Below, one piece after another: positions 57,889 through 64,000 of a DNA stretch of 64,000 bases. Both the position numbers and the translations under genes were made by a program. The notes under the pieces are model-generated. The model was not told the origin of the DNA. It was given only the letters and a program-made list of their open reading frames with translations, and searched no databases. Origin of the DNA: Thermodesulfobacteriota bacterium (GTDB lineage: Bacteria > Desulfobacterota > Desulfarculia > JACQYL01). The stretch spans positions 96,001-160,000 of the forward strand of contig CAXXLZ010000002.1 of the NCBI GenBank assembly GCA_963675595.2, in the 5' to 3' direction. Within the stretch, counting starts at the first letter, position 1, and each line of letters opens with the position of its first letter.

Positions 57889-59209
57889 GCCGCCAAAAGG
57901 GAAGCAGGTCCTCCCTCAGCACGTCGCTCCAGGTCGGCCACTCCTCCTCCATCATCCGTCGAGCATTTCGGCCGATTCGTTTCGCCCCGGCCTCATCGCT
58001 CATAAGGTTCTCCAAAGCGCGAGCCCACGTTTCGGGCTCCTGGTCGTCTACCAGAATCCCGTCGCCGCCGGGTTCTTTAACGAGCCGGGCCGCAGCGCCA
58101 CGTGCCGGAAGAAGCACCGGAAGTCCGGAGGACTTGGCCTCGAGCACCGCATTGGGCATGACCTCCACTGTGGAAGGAAAGACAAAGGCGTCCGCCCCCG
58201 CATAACATTCGGCCAAAGCCGGATGAGAAACCACGCCCGGACAGGTGGCCCGGGGTCCTAAGAGCTCCTTCAAAGCATCACGCTGTGCACCTTCTCCCAA
58301 AGCCAGCACGTGCACGGGCAAACCCCGCGCGATCAGAATTTCAGCCGCCCGACCCAGCACCATGACGTTCTTACCCTCATCCACACGCCCCACAAACAAA
58401 ATCACGAATCGGTCGTGGTCGATTCCGTAATCGGATGCCAGCCGGTCGCGGTCTCTATGAACGGGGTTAAAGATACGGACGTCCACGCCGCGCCGTAGGA
58501 ATGAAACGCGGCGACGGGGAACCAACCGCCGTGCCCATTCAAGATCGTCGGCATTGGAGACGAACACCCACCGGCATCTCCCGAGAAATCGTTTCAGCCT
58601 CCATTTCATCAAGTCGGCGCATCGATCGTCCATTCTCAGCTTGCGCAGAAGCAGTCTCGCCATGGGACCGTCATGGAAAATTCTGCGAATGACCTGCCCC
58701 GAATAAATTCGGGTGTAGCTGGGGGTATCCGTATGAATGGAGTTCACCAACGGGACACCCCATCTCCTGGCGACCCAACCTGCGGTGCGTGCATAAGCGA
58801 AAAACGCGTCCGTGGTGTGAATCACGTCGAATCGTCGCAGATACGTAAGGAGATTGGGATGAAGGGGGGATAGGTCGGCGTGATCGGCGACCTGGTCCAT
58901 GAAATGAAACCGAGCCGTACTGAAGACCGGAGGCAATGTAACGTAACGGACATTACGGGAAAGGGTGAAGATCCCTTCCCTGTCCCCCTGGAAATGAACC
59001 GTCAAATCCAACTCGTCCGAAACGGACCGAGCCGCTTCCGCAAATCGTTCCCAACACTTGACTTGTCCCCCCGAGCCGTCTCCCCATCTGAGGTCCACCA
59101 AGACTCCGACGGACACGCGGCGGTTCTCTCCCCCGATCCCCACGGAGGAGCCTCGACTGGGGGGGAATTTGCGATTCAACCCGATTCGGCTTTTCATAAA
59201 CCGTTCCAT
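57848..59209 (-). CDS. GT4 glycosyltransferase
   Basis: IHTDTPSY, FVGRVDEGKN, FPSTVEVMPNAVLEAKSSGLP. Confidence 0.88.
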   Translation of the reverse strand: MERFMKSRIGLNRKFPPSRGSSVGIGGENRRVSVGVLVDLRWGDGSGGQVKCWERFAEAARSVSDELDLTVHFQGDREGIFTLSRNVRYVTLPPVFSTARFHFMDQVADHADLSPLHPNLLTYLRRFDVIHTTDAFFAYARTAGWVARRWGVPLVNSIHTDTPSYTRIYSGQVIRRIFHDGPMARLLLRKLRMDDRCADLMKWRLKRFLGRCRWVFVSNADDLEWARRLVPRRRVSFLRRGVDVRIFNPVHRDRDRLASDYGIDHDRFVILFVGRVDEGKNVMVLGRAAEILIARGLPVHVLALGEGAQRDALKELLGPRATCPGVVSHPALAECYAGADAFVFPSTVEVMPNAVLEAKSSGLPVLLPARGAAARLVKEPGGDGILVDDQEPETWARALENLMSDEAGAKRIGRNARRMMEEEWPTWSDVLREDLLPFWRRAAGWVPSGGWWA

Positions 59210-59437
59210 TACGCTTTGGTTCTACTTCGCGGGTGCGGACCCGCGGAAACAAGAAACGGGGAACTTCTTTTCAGCGAAAGTCGCGAAGAAAACAGCATTC
59301 TAGCCCAGGATGTTCGTGAGTTGCAAGATTTACACGAATCGACTCGCGGTTTCCCGAGTCCAAATCCTTGAACCGGGGGACCATAGGACTTATAATGAAA
59401 GATTCTTGACCATGGGATTAAACATACGGAACCCGCG

Positions 59438-60526
59438 ATGTTCACGGACTTGAAAAACCTCTCTTTGCCCGAACTCCAGGAATGGGCGGCTCAACTGGGC
59501 GAACCCCGATACCGGGCTCTCCAGCTGGTGCAATGGATGTATTCCAAAGGTGTGGACGCCCCGGACCAAATGACCAATATCCCCAAGTCCTTTCGGGAGA
59601 AAATCGCCGACAATGCGCACATAGGCTTCTTGGAACCTTTCCGTGTGCTTGAATCCGAAGAAGACGAAACCCGAAAATTCGTTTTCGTACTCGACGACGG
59701 AGAATGTGTCGAGAGCGTCCTTATTCCTGAACGCGGTCATTCGACCTTGTGTGTCTCAACCCAGGTGGGCTGCGCCATGGGTTGCGCGTTTTGCCGCACG
59801 GGCCGCTCGGGCCTTACCAGAAACCTAAGCTCCGGAGAAATCCTCAATCAGATTCTCGCGGTTCGAAGGTCTCTGAAGCCCGGAGAAAACCTCACCAATC
59901 TGGTCTTCATGGGAATGGGAGAACCCTTGGCCAATTTTGACCAGTGCGTGCGGGCCCTCGGAATCATTACCGACAATCGGGCCATGGCCTTCGGTCTGCG
60001 ACGGGTGACGGTCTCCACCTGCGGAATCGCGGACCGAATTCCCCGGCTGGGCGCCCTCGTCAACGTGGGCTTGGCCGTTTCCCTCAACGCGGCGGACGAC
60101 GACGTCCGGTCTGCTATCATGCCCGTCAACCGGAAATACCCCATGGATGTTCTCCTGAAGGCATGTCGTGAATATCCGCTCCGCAGAGGCCGACGAGTCA
60201 CTTACGAATATGTGCTGATTCGGGATGTCAACGATCGTCCGCAGGACGCGCAACGGCTCGCCCGCATTCTCGTTCCGGCCGAGGCCAAGATCAACCTGAT
60301 CCCCTTGAACGCTCATGACGGGAGCCCGTTTCAGCCGCCCGACCCCGACAGGGTGGAAGCATTTCAGAATATTCTCATCGACCGTCATTACACGGCCATC
60401 ATCCGAAAAAGCAAAGGAAGGGATATCCTCGCGGCCTGCGGTCAACTGGCGGGCACCGTCCGCGAAAAAAACTTGACGCGGCTTGCCCCGCAGCCTAACG
60501 AGCAGCAGTGGGCGAACCGCCCCTGA
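59438..60526 (+). CDS. rlmN: Dual-specificity RNA methyltransferase RlmN
   Basis: CVSTQVGCAMGCAFC, MGMGEP, AACGQL. Confidence 0.96.
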   Translation: MFTDLKNLSLPELQEWAAQLGEPRYRALQLVQWMYSKGVDAPDQMTNIPKSFREKIADNAHIGFLEPFRVLESEEDETRKFVFVLDDGECVESVLIPERGHSTLCVSTQVGCAMGCAFCRTGRSGLTRNLSSGEILNQILAVRRSLKPGENLTNLVFMGMGEPLANFDQCVRALGIITDNRAMAFGLRRVTVSTCGIADRIPRLGALVNVGLAVSLNAADDDVRSAIMPVNRKYPMDVLLKACREYPLRRGRRVTYEYVLIRDVNDRPQDAQRLARILVPAEAKINLIPLNAHDGSPFQPPDPDRVEAFQNILIDRHYTAIIRKSKGRDILAACGQLAGTVREKNLTRLAPQPNEQQWANRP

Positions 60527-60616
60527 CGTTTTCCGGAACCCGTCTCGACAACCGAGCCGGAAAGCGCCACAAGCCCCAACTCAGCTATGGGAAATCGACC
60601 CAGGAGGTGTCACTCA

Positions 60617-60988
60617 ATGCTCGATTTCGAAAAAGGCAACGGACTGATCCCGGCCGTCACCCAGGATCAGGAAAGCGGCGAGGTACTCATGCTCGCCTAC
60701 ATCAACAAGGAATCCTGGGAAAGGACGCTCGAAACCGGGGAAGTGCACTACTGGAGCCGAAGCCGACAAGAGATTTGGCACAAGGGAGGCACATCCGGAC
60801 ATGTGCAAAAAGTGAAGGAAATTCGGATCGATTGCGACCGAGACACCGTGCTTTTCAAAGTGGAACAGGTCGGCGGAGCCGCCTGCCATACGGGATATCG
60901 AAGCTGCTTCTTCAACTTGGTGACCCCGGAAGGAATCCGGGAATCGGGAGTGAAAGTGTTCGATCCAGCGGAGGTGTATAAAAAGTGA
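60617..60988 (+). CDS. hisI: Phosphoribosyl-AMP cyclohydrolase
   Basis: [27 protein letters not shown]; ATG 60617 after AGGAGG. Confidence 0.95.
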   Translation: MLDFEKGNGLIPAVTQDQESGEVLMLAYINKESWERTLETGEVHYWSRSRQEIWHKGGTSGHVQKVKEIRIDCDRDTVLFKVEQVGGAACHTGYRSCFFNLVTPEGIRESGVKVFDPAEVYKK

Positions 60989-61857
60989 GTATTCTCAAAC
61001 TGGGCATACCCAAAGGGAGTCTGCAGGACGCCACCATTGAGATTTTCCGAAAATGCGGATGGAAGATCGAAGTCAACCACAGAAGCTATTTCCCGGAAAT
61101 CAACGACGAAACGATCCAATGCTCCATTTGCCGCGCTCAAGAAATGAGCCGATACGTGGAAAACGGCACCCTGGACGCGGGCCTGACCGGATTGGATTGG
61201 ATCTGTGAAAACGACTCTACGGTTCATGTGGTGACGGACCTGTTCTATTCCAAAGTAAGCCAACGGCCCGCCCGATGGGTGCTCGCCGTGCCTTATGATT
61301 CGGACATCAAGACCATCGAGGACTGCAAAGGGAAGAAAATCGCCACCGAACTGGTGAATTTCACCCGAAAATATTTCCTGGAACGAGGCATCGAGGTGGA
61401 AGTGGAATTTTCGTGGGGCGCCACGGAAGCCAAGGTGGTTTCCGGACTGGCGGACGCCATTGTGGAAGTCACGGAAACCGGGAGCACCATTAAGGCCCAC
61501 GGACTCAAGATCATCCATGAACTGATGCAGTCCAACACCCAGTTGATCGCCAACACGGAAAGTTGGAAGGACGAGTGGAAACGCGAAAAGGTTTTGCAGA
61601 TCGCCCAGTTGATGCAGGGAGCGCTCCAAGCGGAGAAAATGGTAGGTCTGAAAATGAACGTTCACAAAGAAAAAGTGGAAGGGATCGTGGGGATCCTGCC
61701 CAGTTTGAACGCGCCCACCATCGCACATCTGTATAACAGCGACTGGCTGTCCGTGGAAACCGTGGTGGCCAAGACCGTGGTCAGAGACCTCGTTCCGCGA
61801 TTGATCGGCGAAGGAGCCGAAGGAATCATCGAGTATCCCCTCAACAAAGTGATATGA
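60985..61857 (+). CDS. hisG: ATP phosphoribosyltransferase (long form)
   Basis: IPKGSL, GATE, ETGST, C-terminal regulatory domain. Confidence 0.95.
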   Translation: MSILKLGIPKGSLQDATIEIFRKCGWKIEVNHRSYFPEINDETIQCSICRAQEMSRYVENGTLDAGLTGLDWICENDSTVHVVTDLFYSKVSQRPARWVLAVPYDSDIKTIEDCKGKKIATELVNFTRKYFLERGIEVEVEFSWGATEAKVVSGLADAIVEVTETGSTIKAHGLKIIHELMQSNTQLIANTESWKDEWKREKVLQIAQLMQGALQAEKMVGLKMNVHKEKVEGIVGILPSLNAPTIAHLYNSDWLSVETVVAKTVVRDLVPRLIGEGAEGIIEYPLNKVI

Positions 61858-63002
61858 AGACCATGATTTCAAAACGCGCCCTCGACATTCCCCCCTTCAT
61901 CGTTATGGACGTCCTGGAACGCGCCCACGCCATGGAGCGGTCCGGCGTGGGCATCATCCATTTGGAGGTGGGCGAACCGGACTTCGACACACCGTCCTGC
62001 ATCAAGGCGGCGGCCTGTCGGGCTATGGACGACAATCACACGCACTATACCCACTCTCTCGGCCTGGTCGAGTTGCGTGAAGCCGTGGCGGAGTACTATT
62101 TCGATCATTACGGAGTCTCCTTCTCTCCGGAGCGGGTCCTCGTCACTTCCGGGACTTCTCCCGCCATGCTGCTGCTGTTTTCCGCGCTGCTCGAAGAAGG
62201 AGAGGAAGTCATCATCTCCAACCCGTATTACGCCTGCTATCCCAATTTCGTGAGATATCTCAAGGCGGAACCGGTTTTCGTCAATGTTTACGAGGAAGAC
62301 GGTTTTCAGTACCGGGTATCGGCCATCCGAGAGAAAATCACTCCGCGCTGCAAGGCCATTGTGGTCAATTCCCCGTCCAATCCCACAGGCAACCTGCTTT
62401 CTCGGGATCGCATGGAACGAATCACCGATCTGGGCCCCTGCGTGGTTTCCGATGAGATTTATCACGGGCTGGTATACGAAGGTAAGGAACATTCCATTCT
62501 GGAATTCACCGACGAGGCCTTCGTGCTTAACGGTTTCTCCAAGCTGTTCGCCATGACCGGCTGGCGTCTCGGGTACATCATCGCTCCGGAACGCTTCATA
62601 CGCCCCATGCAGAAGATGCAGCAGAATTTTTTCATTTCGGCCAACGCTTTCGTGCAGTGGGCCGGCATCGCCGCGCTTCGTGAGGCCGGCGAAGACGTGA
62701 AGCGAATGAAGGAGACGTTCAATCAAAGACGGGTCTTTATGATTTCCCGATTGCGCGAATTGGGCTTTGGAATCACCGTGGAACCCACGGGAGCTTTCTA
62801 TGTGCTGGCCAACGCCAAGCACCTGGACTCCGACTCCTATCGCCTCGCATTCGATATTCTGGAAAAAGCCCACGTAGGAGTCGCGCCGGGAATCGATTTC
62901 GGTTCCAACGCCGAAGGGTATCTGCGTTTCTGTTACGCCAATTCGTTGGAGAATATCCGGGAAGGCATGGACCGAATCGAGCGGTATCTGAAAGACCGAT
63001 AA
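61854..63002 (+). CDS. PLP-dependent class I/II aminotransferase (AspC-like)
   Basis: [31 protein letters not shown]. Confidence 0.92.
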   Translation: MKTMISKRALDIPPFIVMDVLERAHAMERSGVGIIHLEVGEPDFDTPSCIKAAACRAMDDNHTHYTHSLGLVELREAVAEYYFDHYGVSFSPERVLVTSGTSPAMLLLFSALLEEGEEVIISNPYYACYPNFVRYLKAEPVFVNVYEEDGFQYRVSAIREKITPRCKAIVVNSPSNPTGNLLSRDRMERITDLGPCVVSDEIYHGLVYEGKEHSILEFTDEAFVLNGFSKLFAMTGWRLGYIIAPERFIRPMQKMQQNFFISANAFVQWAGIAALREAGEDVKRMKETFNQRRVFMISRLRELGFGITVEPTGAFYVLANAKHLDSDSYRLAFDILEKAHVGVAPGIDFGSNAEGYLRFCYANSLENIREGMDRIERYLKDR

Positions 63003-63132
63003 GGGCCTGCGGCGACGGCGCTTTTTCAACGGACCGACAACATCGTCGCCGTAAAGGCTTCAGGCGACCCAACTCATCGAAAGGCGGGAGCAGGCCGCTG
63101 TCCATCAAAAACGCCGGTCGTCCCGAAACAGA

Positions 63133-63780
63133 GTGTCCGACTCCCGAATCGTCATCAAGTCCGCGGAGTTCCTGAAGAGCGCCGCGAACTTCCGGCACTG
63201 GCCGGAACACGCTCTGCCCGAAGCGGCCTTTGCGGGCCGTTCCAATGTGGGCAAGTCCTCCCTGATCAACTGCCTGCTCAACCGCAAGAAACTCGTGCGC
63301 ACCAGTTCCACTCCGGGTAGAACGCAACTCCTCAATTTCTTCACGGTCAACGACGCTCTTTGTTTCGTGGACCTTCCGGGATACGGCTTCGCCAAAGCGC
63401 CCGCAAAGGTAAGAGACGGTTGGAAGGTCATGGTGGAGGAATACCTGTCCGGCCGTCGGATACTGAAGACCGTGGTTTTGATTCTGGACATTCGACGGGA
63501 TCCAGGCCCCGAAGACCTCTCTCTCCTGAAGAAACTCCGTGACTTGGAACTCGAAGTCATCCCGGTGGCCACCAAGATGGACAAGCTGAAAAGAAGCGCG
63601 CGCGCCTCCCGCCTCAAGGAGCTGCAGAGCGGCCTCAACAACCTGGCCCCACGTCCCATTCCGTTTTCCGCCGAGACCAGAGAAGGCAAAGAGCTCGTAT
63701 GGAAGGCCCTGCTTCAGTGCCTGGAGCCCGGCTCCCGGGAATCATCCTCGTCCGACGCGGATCCCGAACCCCAGGCATGA
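63133..63780 (+). CDS. engB: GTP-binding protein EngB/YihA
   Basis: GRSNVGKSS, STPGRT, DLPGYG, TKMDK. Confidence 0.95.
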   Translation: MSDSRIVIKSAEFLKSAANFRHWPEHALPEAAFAGRSNVGKSSLINCLLNRKKLVRTSSTPGRTQLLNFFTVNDALCFVDLPGYGFAKAPAKVRDGWKVMVEEYLSGRRILKTVVLILDIRRDPGPEDLSLLKKLRDLELEVIPVATKMDKLKRSARASRLKELQSGLNNLAPRPIPFSAETREGKELVWKALLQCLEPGSRESSSSDADPEPQA

Positions 63781-64000
63781 AAACGGCGAGCGACCGCTCT
63801 CGACAATGCGAATGCGTTGGACTTTTTGCGAGATTTCCGGCAAGATTTTAGGTTGAATGGCGGATGAAGTAACGCAACGGTTGGATGCCGTGATGACGGC
63901 TCTTCCGAGCGGTTCAGGGGCTCCGGGAGTGTTCAAAGGCACACCGCCCCTTCCACGTCCGCCCCACCACACCCGGCGGCATTTTTTCGCCTCAAAGCGG

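Noticed and set aside
1-64000. CRISPR array, rRNA, prophage, and long antisense ORFs (e.g. 33615-35486, 17201-18439, 25742-26941)
   Set aside because: No repeat-spacer pattern, rRNA or phage genes seen; the antisense ORFs shadow well-supported genes in GC-rich DNA

Overview
GC-rich bacterial chromosome segment. Gene content (many sigma54 activators, ADP-forming acyl-CoA ligase, PPDK, RRM protein) suggests an anaerobic Desulfobacterota/deltaproteobacterium; this is inference. 1-14.9 kb: flagellar genes and regulators (flgB, two sigma54 activators, a TPR protein, a very large fliD, fliS). 15.8-36.2 kb: a pyrrolysine-dependent methylamine demethylation island with a PAS kinase/sigma54 regulator, mttC, mttB(TAG), mttP, mtbC, mtbB(TAG), DUF2284, an AAA-vWA pair, tRNA-Pyl, pylSn, pylB, an mtbA-like gene and ramA. 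36-64 kb: mostly housekeeping genes, tRNA-Cys and a Y1/RAYT transposase bounded by 26-bp inverted repeats. The ORF track misses several recoding signals: (i) amber read-through in mttB and mtbB, served by a tRNA-Pyl with a non-canonical U73; (ii) an A10G slippery site that would fuse the MoxR-type AAA ATPase to its vWA partner by -1 frameshift directly upstream of pylT; (iii) an in-frame TGA at an apparent Cys position of an unannotated SprT-like HExxH protein (candidate selenoprotein or pseudogene). All calls are by eye from motifs; no database searches were run.
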